The translations under genes were made by a program, and so were the position numbers. The notes beneath the pieces were generated by a model. That model ran no database searches. It was not told where the DNA came from and was given only the letters and a program-made list of their open reading frames with translations. Positions 32,218 through 41,033 of a stretch of 64,000 nucleotides of DNA are shown here, in pieces. Positions within the stretch are counted from its first letter, which is position 1. Every line of letters begins with the position of its first letter. The DNA is from an uncultured virus (IMG/VR IMGVR_UViG_3300031413_000586) (lineage: Duplodnaviria; Heunggongvirae; Uroviricota; Caudoviricetes): the IMG/VR virus record IMGVR_UViG_3300031413_000586; one strand, given 5' to 3'.

Positions 32218-32878
32218 GTTAGATTTTGAAGAAGATAATGAGCATTATGTGACAGTTTATGAAGCTGTTTTTCCATTCTTATTAAATAAAGATGAACAGT
32301 ATCAATTTACGATTCCTGATGAAACTTATCGTATTTTTTATGATCAAGGCCCTTTCAAGGGGGCAGAAATTATTGGTATGCTTGAAGAAGATATGATTAG
32401 TATTCAATTTCAAACAATTGAAGCGGTTAATTATTTTTATAAAATATTTCCAACTGCTCCATTGGTTGACTATGATAAAATTCGTAAAGACATTGATTCA
32501 ATAAGATTTATATATGCTTATATTGTGGGGGAAAATTATTTGAAAGATAATCAATTTTCTACAAATCCTTTTCATGATGTGTCATGGAACAATGGCGAGC
32601 TTTGTTTTAGTATTTGTAATAAAATGGTAAACAATAAAAAGAAAACATTTATTATATCTGCAAATTATCAAATCAATATTAAAACAAAAGAAATAGAAGT
32701 TAATTATTTTTATTATTTTAGAGATCCTAAGATGATGAATGTTAAAAGATATTCATTTTCTACGATCAACGATTTACTAAATGAAATTTTCAAATGTGAA
32801 TTGATTGGTGTGTTGGACAAATCTTTAGCTGAATTTAAATTAAATGATTATAAAATCTTACCCATGGTGAAATATTGA
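32210..32878 (+). CDS. hypothetical protein, Met(-4) group
   Basis: Paralog of 24859..25551; ends KILPMVKY. Confidence 0.75.
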   Translation: MTELDFEEDNEHYVTVYEAVFPFLLNKDEQYQFTIPDETYRIFYDQGPFKGAEIIGMLEEDMISIQFQTIEAVNYFYKIFPTAPLVDYDKIRKDIDSIRFIYAYIVGENYLKDNQFSTNPFHDVSWNNGELCFSICNKMVNNKKKTFIISANYQINIKTKEIEVNYFYYFRDPKMMNVKRYSFSTINDLLNEIFKCELIGVLDKSLAEFKLNDYKILPMVKY

Positions 32879-33498
32879 TGAATATGCGTCTATTGAATTA
32901 TGATAAGTTTTTTAAAGTATTTGCAAAATATTATAAAATTAATATCCCTGATGTTTGTTTTACATCGTTTGTCGCTAGAAAAAGTCTAACTATTAACTAT
33001 TATAAGCCTGCAACTGATACGACTAACAAATTAAAAGTGATGACTTTCAATTTTTCTGCAATAGACAATCTTGAAATTTTTACTGCTGATCACAATCTTT
33101 TTCTTTTGGAGGTAGAGATTCCTTTGCAATACGATTTAGATGGAATTGTGATTGATAACAGTCATATCAAAGAATATATAGAAAAAATAAACTTATTTTT
33201 GCCCATTTTTAAAAAAAACAATCCTTTCTTAACCATTGAAGAAAAATCAATTAAGTTAACAATTTTATTCTCGCTTAATACAAGTGAAAATGGAACTCAA
33301 CAATTTATTTTTAAAAAAATGCAAGTAAGTAATAATATTAGATATAGAAATCAGCATCCATTTCTGGAAGATAACGAAGAAGATTTTTTATTGAGTACTG
33401 AACGCATAATTAATTCTTTTTTGGAAAAAATGAATGTTGATTATGAAAATATGAATTATAAAGAAAAGATATCTATATTTGATATGATTGTTATTTAA
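32875..33498 (+). CDS. hypothetical protein, Met(-4) group
   Basis: Ends SIFDMIVI. Confidence 0.7.
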   Translation: MMNMRLLNYDKFFKVFAKYYKINIPDVCFTSFVARKSLTINYYKPATDTTNKLKVMTFNFSAIDNLEIFTADHNLFLLEVEIPLQYDLDGIVIDNSHIKEYIEKINLFLPIFKKNNPFLTIEEKSIKLTILFSLNTSENGTQQFIFKKMQVSNNIRYRNQHPFLEDNEEDFLLSTERIINSFLEKMNVDYENMNYKEKISIFDMIVI

Positions 33499-33509
33499 AA
33501 GAGACCAAT

Positions 33510-34313
33510 ATGAAAATTAATGAAATAAGCAGAATGACACAAAATATTATTTTGAATAACATAAAGCAATCAGTTAATAGTTTTTTTAATTTTGATATTG
33601 AACAATTTGAAATTTGTTATCATGAAAAAATAAAATATGAAATTGACTCGAAAAATAAAAATGGTTGGAAATATAAGAGTTCCTTTAATAAAGAATATTT
33701 TCATCAAATAAATGCTTTAGCTATTATTAATAATACATCAAATACGTTATCAATATCGTGTATTTATTCTAAAAATGGAATTAAAAAATATACTTTAATT
33801 ATCAAAGGAAACACCGCCTATTTATTAAAAATACTGGATAAGATTAAATGTGATCATGAAAACATTAATACCACAATAAATAACTATTTTAAATTTGTTA
33901 ATGTTTTAGATGATTCTGAATCGATTCAATCAGAAAATTCAGATATTGTATTAGCAGGGACGATGAATATCGAATTTACTAAACATTCTGGAGCTTTTAA
34001 TTGTTCTAATATTATATTTCAGGGTACAAAATTTGAATCTAACTCGTATAACAATGGATCAATGCATAATATAATATCAGCCCCTACTACTCATGGATCA
34101 TCTAACGTTCTGTTTGGTGTCATAAGAAATTATCTATTACTAAAAAATTATGATTTCAATCTCATACTAGAAAACAATATGTATACAAAATTTGAATCTA
34201 AAATAATATCGGATGCACAAGAAAGATATCCGTTCATGCCCAATTTTTTAAGCTACCTGAATAATAATGACCTAGATAAAATTATTAAATTATTCGAGAT
34301 GATAAAATATTAA
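33510..34313 (+). CDS. hypothetical protein, Met(-4) group
   Basis: Ends KLFEMIKY. Confidence 0.7.
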   Translation: MKINEISRMTQNIILNNIKQSVNSFFNFDIEQFEICYHEKIKYEIDSKNKNGWKYKSSFNKEYFHQINALAIINNTSNTLSISCIYSKNGIKKYTLIIKGNTAYLLKILDKIKCDHENINTTINNYFKFVNVLDDSESIQSENSDIVLAGTMNIEFTKHSGAFNCSNIIFQGTKFESNSYNNGSMHNIISAPTTHGSSNVLFGVIRNYLLLKNYDFNLILENNMYTKFESKIISDAQERYPFMPNFLSYLNNNDLDKIIKLFEMIKY

Positions 34314-34335
34314 AAACCTCCTAAGAGGTTTTCTT

Positions 34336-35310
<975 letters not shown>

Positions 35311-35465
35311 TTATACTTCAAGAGTCTGTACTAATCAATGAACCAATAGATTTAATGTTCTAATAGACAGCATAGTGAAAAACTATTCATTGGTTTAAAG
35401 GTGTGTTAATCTTTTTTACAAAATTTAATATGATATAATAAGAATATAAACATTTTAAAAATATT

Positions 35466-36641
35466 ATGATTCAAATCAGAAAAGATATTTTACTTGATAT
35501 TCATTCAGTTCATCCTATTACTTGTCCATTAATCAATCCTTTAATATTTCATGGTGATAAGTGTACGAAAGTATATGAAATTGAACTGACTTATAATCCA
35601 GAAAATTTATATGTCTATTCAGATGATTTAATAGAGGCTATTAGTGATCTTAAACAATGGACACACGATGTTATTAATTTATATACTCAATTACCTGATG
35701 AATCAAAAGAAAATAAATCATATCTAGATATACCTGAGCTAATTGAAGCGGTTGAAGAACTTTTAAACAATGATTACAATAATTTTTATGACCAAGAAAA
35801 GAAAATTAATCGTTATATCAGTGCTTGGGAATCACAATATAAAGAAGCAATAGAGTACCAAAATAGTATTAATCAACAAAAACAGACTATTAGAGAATTG
35901 AAAGATAGTTTATCAGATTTAAGAATGGGAGAATCTGATTATGAAGGATTGTCGATAAATATTATGCATCATGAAGAAGAATTAAAACAAACTAACCGAT
36001 TGTATTCTATGTTAGAACATCAATTTGACCAAGATTTAAGAGACAGTCTTGAATATGAATTTAAAACTTATTCAGATAAATTGGAATATGTACGCTTCTG
36101 TAATGACAATTTACGAGAAGAAACCACATCATTAAGAGACTGTTTGATTATGAATTTTAAAGAAGAATTGAATTGTTTTCAACCCGATGAATATCTAAAT
36201 AAAAAATTTGGTATTACTGATTTTCTTTCTAAAAAGAACGCTTTAAATCTTGGCATTATTCATAATAATTCCACTTTTATAACCATTGATGGTGATACCG
36301 AAAATAATGATTTTGGTGAAAAATATTTTTTAAAATTAGTAAACGAACTTAGAAAAAAAGATATTTTGACTTATACAGAATGCAGTTATATAAAGGATCG
36401 AGTAGAACCTTTTATGTTAAAAGCAGAATATCAGGAAAAGTTTGGCATCTCAAAAGAAGAATCGAGACAACCAGAATACCGTGTAAACCTTTTATTGAGT
36501 CTGTTGAAAGATAAGGGATTTGATATTATTCGTTATTATGAGAAACATGAAGACTATTTAAATAATAGAAACAATTTTAAAACAGTTGATCTTTCAGGCA
36601 ATCAACCACTAAAAAAAATTAATAAAAAACTAAATATATAA
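35466..36641 (+). CDS. hypothetical protein with central coiled coil
   Basis: 391-aa ORF; basic C-terminal tail. Confidence 0.75.
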   Translation: MIQIRKDILLDIHSVHPITCPLINPLIFHGDKCTKVYEIELTYNPENLYVYSDDLIEAISDLKQWTHDVINLYTQLPDESKENKSYLDIPELIEAVEELLNNDYNNFYDQEKKINRYISAWESQYKEAIEYQNSINQQKQTIRELKDSLSDLRMGESDYEGLSINIMHHEEELKQTNRLYSMLEHQFDQDLRDSLEYEFKTYSDKLEYVRFCNDNLREETTSLRDCLIMNFKEELNCFQPDEYLNKKFGITDFLSKKNALNLGIIHNNSTFITIDGDTENNDFGEKYFLKLVNELRKKDILTYTECSYIKDRVEPFMLKAEYQEKFGISKEESRQPEYRVNLLLSLLKDKGFDIIRYYEKHEDYLNNRNNFKTVDLSGNQPLKKINKKLNI

Positions 36642-36729
36642 TCTACACTATCCAAGAGATTTAAATAAAAAGCCAACAGATGATGGCTTTAATTTGAGAA
36701 AATTTACAGAAAATACGAGTATAAGTATA

Positions 36730-37353
36730 TCACATATTTTTAAGTGATCGTGTTTTTGCTGGTCTTGGCACCGTTACAATATTATTTTCATTTGTAAGAT
36801 CTGCTTTCTCAATCAATTCTTCTGCTTTTTGTTTTCTTATCAAAAACATTGAGTTTTTGAATGGTATTGATTCCAAAACTTCCAATAATTTATTTTTGAC
36901 ATCTTTAACACTTTTATCAATCATGGTATTGTCAACATTTCCGAAATCTTCAACCGCTAAACCATCATTTCCTACTTTATCAAGATAGTCAACAACACGT
37001 TCTTTATATTGGCGAAGATCATCAGTAAAAGCAAAGATAGGTTTTTCTTTTGCATAAGCAAAACCAATTTCCCATACCGTACCTACATCTGCAGATGGTC
37101 CACGAAATGGCGTCATATTCGCAATTACAATATCGGCAGAGTTTAAAAGTTCAACATTTTTCTGAAAGATATCAGTAGAAATCTTATTTTTATCTTGTGA
37201 AAATTCAACTTCATTATCAAGAGGAATTAATGCAACGATACCATATTTGGCACAAAGATCCCTTACAATTTCAGCATTTTCTTTTGCTTGTGGATGGAAT
37301 ACATCGGGACCGGCCATGTATGCTCTGATCTTGATATCGTTTGATTTTGTCAT
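36730..37353 (-). CDS. nucleoside 2-deoxyribosyltransferase family protein
   Basis: YMAGPDVF, PLD, ADIVIAN.TPFRG..AD.GT.WE.GFAYA, N.M. Confidence 0.9.
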   Translation of the reverse strand: MTKSNDIKIRAYMAGPDVFHPQAKENAEIVRDLCAKYGIVALIPLDNEVEFSQDKNKISTDIFQKNVELLNSADIVIANMTPFRGPSADVGTVWEIGFAYAKEKPIFAFTDDLRQYKERVVDYLDKVGNDGLAVEDFGNVDNTMIDKSVKDVKNKLLEVLESIPFKNSMFLIRKQKAEELIEKADLTNENNIVTVPRPAKTRSLKNM

Positions 37354-37555
37354 ATCGCCCTCATTAATTGATTGATTTATATTTCTATTATAATATAAAA
37401 ACAATAAATGTTCAATCAATCATTTATGCTATAGTCAAATAATATTGGTACTATATTTTATTTTTTATCATAGATTATAAAAAAGAAATTTGATTATTTT
37501 TCTTATTTGAATAAAATGTAAATAAGGTTCTATATTATACTATAAAGGAGAATTT

Positions 37556-37819
37556 ATGGATTTTTTTAAATTAGAAGTTTTGGGAGCCATTTTAAGTTAC
37601 AATTTAGCTAAAATGGAAAGCTATGATTCAAGAAGCAATGGATTTATTTTGTATACCACTGATATAAATGAATTGGATGCACTAACTTTGCATACTCAGT
37701 TAAGAAAATTAACTATATCTGTTAATAATACACTTCAAATAGTAAGAGGTATAAAAATTAAAGAAATTGATAAATCAAAGGGTAAAATAGTTATTGTACA
37801 TAACATTATTCTTCCATGA
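37556..37819 (+). CDS. hypothetical protein
   Basis: AAGGAG RBS. Confidence 0.65.
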   Translation: MDFFKLEVLGAILSYNLAKMESYDSRSNGFILYTTDINELDALTLHTQLRKLTISVNNTLQIVRGIKIKEIDKSKGKIVIVHNIILP

Positions 37820-37826
37820 TATAAAT

Positions 37827-37852
37827 AAAAAAAGCACACTGCTGTGTGCTTT
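37827..37852 (-). terminator. intrinsic terminator closing the tRNA array (possibly bidirectional)
   Basis: aaagcacac-tgct-gtgtgcttt hairpin with an A7 flank (U-tract on the minus strand). Confidence 0.75.
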
Positions 37853-37867
37853 CTATTTATTGTTTAT

Positions 37868-37972
37868 TGGTCATCAACGCCTGCATCCTAACCTTACTCC
37901 CGCAAGAGGTAGCTTCACCCACCGGCTACTTATTAGGCAGCATTTCTAAGGCTCCTACCAACCCATCGTAAC
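37868..37972 (-). ncRNA. putative structured RNA ending in CCA at the distal end of the tRNA array
   Basis: GC-rich non-coding block; stems CCTAA/TTAGG, GTAGC/GCTAC, CTC/GAG, GGTT/AGCC; 3' end GATGACCA. Confidence 0.5.
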
Positions 37973-37992
37973 TACTGGTTTAACACTAAATC

Positions 37993-38076
37993 TGGTGCGG
38001 AAAGTGGGACTCGAACCCACACGCCTTTCGGCACTGGCTTCTAAGACCAGCGTGTCTACCATTCCACCATTTCCGC
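37993..38076 (-). tRNA. tRNA-Leu(TAG)
   Basis: Cloverleaf, anticodon arm CTGGT-CTTAGAA-GCCAG, long variable arm, A73, encoded CCA. Confidence 0.95.
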
Positions 38077-38144
38077 ATGTATAATTTTCAATATATTCTA
38101 CAATCTACATGATTATAAGAGGTAATTAAAAATACTGTATGATA

Positions 38145-38229
38145 TGGTGCCTCCCGTGGGACTCGAACCCACACTCCTTTCGGAAACGGATTTTGAATCC
38201 GTCGCGTCTACCAATTCCGCCAGAGAGGC
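38145..38229 (-). tRNA. tRNA-Leu(CAA)
   Basis: ACGGA-TTCAAAA-TCCGT, long variable arm, ACCA. Confidence 0.95.
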
Positions 38230-38242
38230 ATAATTTTATTAA

Positions 38243-38485
38243 CTAATCCCAACTAGGTAGCATTAAATGAACGACAAGGCATTCATTTTTTAGATATTGA
38301 GGCATTTTGCTATCTTTACAAAAATAAAATGCTTCTACTAATCTATAAGCTTCTGTATTGCTCAGTGAATCTTTACGATCAAGTTTGTCTTTTAGTGGTT
38401 TAATAGCAATCACTGAAGGCTCGTCTTGAATTTTTTGTAAAACTTCTTTTGCCTTTTCGCCAATATCTTTCATATCTAGTTCCAT
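38243..38485 (-). CDS. hypothetical protein inside the tRNA array
   Basis: 80-aa ORF with GAGGG RBS. Confidence 0.7.
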   Translation of the reverse strand: MELDMKDIGEKAKEVLQKIQDEPSVIAIKPLKDKLDRKDSLSNTEAYRLVEAFYFCKDSKMPQYLKNECLVVHLMLPSWD

Positions 38486-38525
38486 AAAAATTCCCTCTGT
38501 GTAGCTAGATCTAATAACTATTATA

Positions 38526-38609
38526 TGGTGCCCGAGGTCGGACTCGAACCGACAAGCCTTTCGGCGGAAGATTTTAAGTCTTCTGTGTTTACCTTTTCAC
38601 CACTCGGGC
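38526..38609 (-). tRNA. tRNA-Leu(TAA)
   Basis: GAAGA-CTTAAAA-TCTTC, ACCA. Confidence 0.95.
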
Positions 38610-38615
38610 ATAACT

Positions 38616-38699
38616 TGGTGCGGTTAGTGGGACTTGAACCCACAATCCTTTCGGCACTGGCTTCTTAGACCAGCGTGTATACCATTCCACCACAACCGC
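38616..38699 (-). tRNA. tRNA-Leu(AAG)
   Basis: CTGGT-CTAAGAA-GCCAG, ACCA; A at position 34. Confidence 0.92.
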
Positions 38700-38720
38700 A
38701 TAAATCTTTTAATCTATAAA

Positions 38721-38804
38721 TGGTGCGGAAAGTGGGACTCGAACCCACACGCCTCTCGGCACTGGCTTCTAAGACCAGCGTGTCTACCATTCCACCATTT
38801 CCGC
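38721..38804 (-). tRNA. tRNA-Leu(TAG), near-identical to 37993..38076
   Basis: One difference, in the variable-arm loop (GAGA vs GAAA). Confidence 0.95.
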
Positions 38805-38811
38805 ATAGACA

Positions 38812-39156
38812 TTAATACTTCTTTTCAATATAATTTAAATCAACATTTTCAAATATAAAACCTATATTGTTATTCTTACAACAATTTACTACATCTTGAT
38901 AGTTTTCAAAATCATTGGCATCATAATCAGGAATAATATCTTCATGTTCATACAAATCAATTAAACTATAACTCAACTCAGTTTCATCCACACCCGCGAT
39001 GTCAGCCCATTCTTTTCGAATAGAACGTTTAAAAACATATTCAGTAAAATCTTCTTTATGTGGTTCTGCAACTAAATCACCATCAAGAAAAATATTCCAG
39101 TAACGATTGTCGTATAAATTAACGATAATAATTTTACCTTTAACTGATTTCGTCAT
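38812..39156 (-). CDS. hypothetical acidic protein inside the tRNA array
   Basis: AGGTGG RBS before ATG 39156; the ORF-track start runs into a tRNA. Confidence 0.7.
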   Translation of the reverse strand: MTKSVKGKIIIVNLYDNRYWNIFLDGDLVAEPHKEDFTEYVFKRSIRKEWADIAGVDETELSYSLIDLYEHEDIIPDYDANDFENYQDVVNCCKNNNIGFIFENVDLNYIEKKY

Positions 39157-39222
39157 GTTTAACCACCTTTGTAAGAAAATAAAACATAAAGCTAATTCGA
39201 ACTTTTGATATTGAATTAAATC

Positions 39223-39307
39223 TGGTCCCCGGAGCCGGACTCGAACCGGCACGGCTTTCGCCGGGAGATTTTAAGTCTCCTGTGTCTACCAATTCCACCA
39301 TCCGGGG
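39223..39307 (-). tRNA. tRNA-Leu(TAA)
   Basis: GGAGA-CTTAAAA-TCTCC; acceptor CCCCGGA/TCCGGGG, ACCA. Confidence 0.93.
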
Positions 39308-39325
39308 ATAAACACATATTAAATC

Positions 39326-39409
39326 TGGTGCGATTAGTGAGACTCGAACTCACAAGCCTTTCGGCACTAGCTTCTGAGACTAGCGTGTATACCATTCCAC
39401 CATAATCGC
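39326..39409 (-). tRNA. tRNA-Leu(CAG)
   Basis: CTAGT-CTCAGAA-GCTAG, ACCA. Confidence 0.95.
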
Positions 39410-39427
39410 ATAGTTACATCTATAATT

Positions 39428-39513
39428 TGGTGCAGAAGGCAGGATTCGAACCTACAAGTCTTGATGACACCTGCCTTAACGGCTGGCACATTTACCAATT
39501 CTGTTACTTCTGC
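39428..39513 (-). tRNA. aberrant Leu-type tRNA, loop CGTTAAG (nominal anticodon TTA)
   Basis: Acceptor GCAGAAG/CTTCTGC-ACCA, T arm GTAGG-TTCGAAT-CCTGC, long variable arm; anticodon stem CCAGC/GCAGG has an A.A mismatch; G33. Confidence 0.7.
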
Positions 39514-39521
39514 ATATAATT

Positions 39522-39605
39522 AATGAGAGAAGGGATTTGAACCCTCACGTCCTTTTGGACATGTCTTCGTTAAGACATTATGGCTACCAATTTCATCACT
39601 CTCAT
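39522..39605 (-). tRNA. aberrant Leu-type tRNA or pseudo-tRNA, no encoded CCA
   Basis: Acceptor ATGAGAG/CTCTCAT, T arm GAGGG-TTCAAAT-CCCTT, variable arm GTCC-AAAA-GGAC, anticodon arm ATGTC-TTAACGAA-GACAT (8-nt loop). Confidence 0.6.
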
Positions 39606-39699
39606 TACGGGTCTACTTTAATAATACTAGAATATAGCTTAATTAGTACGTTTTAAAGTTTCTAAAAGTCTTAGAGCGACCCAGTTTAACTTTTTAAAT

Positions 39700-39783
39700 T
39701 GGTGCGGATAGTGAGACTTGAACTCACACTTATTTCTAAAGCTGCTTTTGAGACAGCCGCGTCTACCTTTTCGCCACATCCGC
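39700..39783 (-). tRNA. tRNA-Leu(CAA)
   Basis: GCTGT-CTCAAAA-GCAGC, ACCA. Confidence 0.93.
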
Positions 39784-39829
39784 ATATTGTTTGTTTCTTT
39801 GAAGTCTTTCTTAACTCTTCATGTTGTAC

Positions 39830-39858
39830 ATTCTATCAAGTCTTTTTGTTGTTGTCAA
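39830..39858 (-). promoter_or_regulatory. sigma70-type promoter of the tRNA array
   Basis: TTGACA-17 nt-TAGAAT with extended TG; A-rich UP-like tract upstream. Confidence 0.75.
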
Positions 39859-39948
39859 CATTTATTTTGTATTATTTTATTTTATTTTCCTTTTAAATCA
39901 ATAGTTTAACTTATTTAAGATTGAACAGTACCCTAGACTTTCGCCCAT

Positions 39949-40054
39949 AAAAAAAGACCCTTTAGGGGTCCAGATGCGAAATAAGACGATTGTTACTTTT
40001 GGTCTGTTCTGCATCTGGACAATCTAGTTGTCCTAAAATGCAGACAAATAGATA
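39949..40054 (-). promoter_or_regulatory. attenuator: alternative protector / antiterminator / terminator hairpins
   Basis: Terminator GACCC-CTAAA-GGGTC-T7; GTCCAGATGC (40020-40011) is perfectly complementary to GCATCTGGAC (39977-39968), which overlaps the terminator 5' arm; protector TCTGCAT..GGACAA/TTGTCC..ATGCAGA (40044-40008). Confidence 0.75.
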
Positions 40055-40114
40055 CTAGCCCAAGCTAAATAGTGAGAGTAAGAGTAACAGTGATAATCGA
40101 ACAGTGGTGAACAT
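40055..40114 (-). CDS. Leu-rich leader peptide MFTTVRLSLLLLLSLFSLG (19 aa)
   Basis: GAGGA RBS, 8 Leu codons (5 consecutive), own promoter, followed by attenuator hairpins. Confidence 0.8.
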   Translation of the reverse strand: MFTTVRLSLLLLLSLFSLG

Positions 40115-40139
40115 TTTTTTCGTCCTCGTTAATATGCTT

Positions 40140-40168
40140 ATTTTATCAAATCTAGATTTCAAAGTCAA
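40140..40168 (-). promoter_or_regulatory. sigma70-type promoter of the leader peptide
   Basis: TTGACT-17 nt-TAAAAT with extended TG. Confidence 0.75.
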
Positions 40169-40169
40169 A

Positions 40170-40979
40170 TCATTCTTCGGGTACATTTTGACAAATTGCA
40201 CAATAATAAGTGCCACGTCCATTTTGTTTTATTTTGGTGACTGGGTGTTTGAGTTTATCAAACTTTTTTCCATAGACGTTAAAGTTGTCTTGAAAGCTGC
40301 CTTCTTGATCAAATGCATCTCTATAATCTGATATGGATGATCCGCCTTGTTGAATAGCTTTTTCTAAAATAGATTTTGTTTCGGCTACCAGTTGAGTGGC
40401 CTTTTCTTTTGTCAAATCTTGAGCCTTTGTCAAAGGGCTTATTTTACATATATACATCAGTTCAATCACATAGATATTGCCTAATCCAACTATATAGGAT
40501 TGGTCTAGTAGAAACTGTTTGATATTCTTTTTATTATTACGAGTCATGGCATAGAGAGTTTCAGGGTTAAAGTCGTTTGACAAAGGTTCTATGCCTAATT
40601 TTTTTATATATTTATTTTCATTTGCATTATCTTCATAAGTTACAAATCCAAATTTCCTGATGTCACTGTATATGAGAAATGTCCCATCTGTAAATTCGAT
40701 ACCAACTCGATTGAATTTATCTTCAATCAAATGATTTTGAATCAAAAACTTTCCAGTCATTCCTAAGTGGGCAACAATTTCACCTTTCGAAAGTTTGAAA
40801 ATAAGAAATTTCCCTCGACGAACAACATCAGTAACTGATTTATTGACTAATTGGTTTTCAAGATCCATTTGTACTGGTTCACGTAACCGATTGTTCCAGA
40901 TGGTTACTTTTTTTACCACCTTGTTTTTGATTCCGACTAATGAATTGACAACACATTGTACTTCTGGTAATTCTGGCAT
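40170..40979 (-). CDS. mutM: formamidopyrimidine-DNA glycosylase
   Basis: MPELPEV, RRGK, HLGMTG, D.RKFG, LLDQ..+.GLGNIY, R.TYYC..CQ (first half of the zinc finger degenerate). Confidence 0.95.
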   Translation of the reverse strand: MPELPEVQCVVNSLVGIKNKVVKKVTIWNNRLREPVQMDLENQLVNKSVTDVVRRGKFLIFKLSKGEIVAHLGMTGKFLIQNHLIEDKFNRVGIEFTDGTFLIYSDIRKFGFVTYEDNANENKYIKKLGIEPLSNDFNPETLYAMTRNNKKNIKQFLLDQSYIVGLGNIYVIELMYICKISPLTKAQDLTKEKATQLVAETKSILEKAIQQGGSSISDYRDAFDQEGSFQDNFNVYGKKFDKLKHPVTKIKQNGRGTYYCAICQNVPEE

Positions 40980-41033
40980 AAATAAATCTCCAATAATGGA
41001 GATAATTTTATACTGTTAAATTTAAAATGCAAG

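Noticed and set aside
37868..37972. Twister or hammerhead ribozyme
   Set aside because: Catalytic core consensus not found on either strand by eye
39428..39513. Stop-codon reassignment (TAA read as Leu)
   Set aside because: Most conserved genes end at TAA at the expected length, and the standard code gives intact ORFs
39896..39908. IHF-like site AATCAATAGTTTA (also AATCAATAGCTTA at 12504-12516)
   Set aside because: Fits WATCAANNNNTTR, but such matches are likely by chance in very AT-rich DNA
38634..39909. Plus-strand ORFs 38634..38858, 39699..39896, 39718..39909 and the 5' extension of 38812..39252
   Set aside because: They overlap tRNA genes; artefacts
40055..40114. Leader peptide as an Ibs-like type I toxin (19 aa, hydrophobic; the RBS can pair with TCGTCTT downstream)
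   Set aside because: Not excluded but disfavoured: hydrophobicity is almost purely Leu with mixed codons, a perfect antiterminator overlaps the terminator, Leu tRNAs follow, and I see no clear antisense unit
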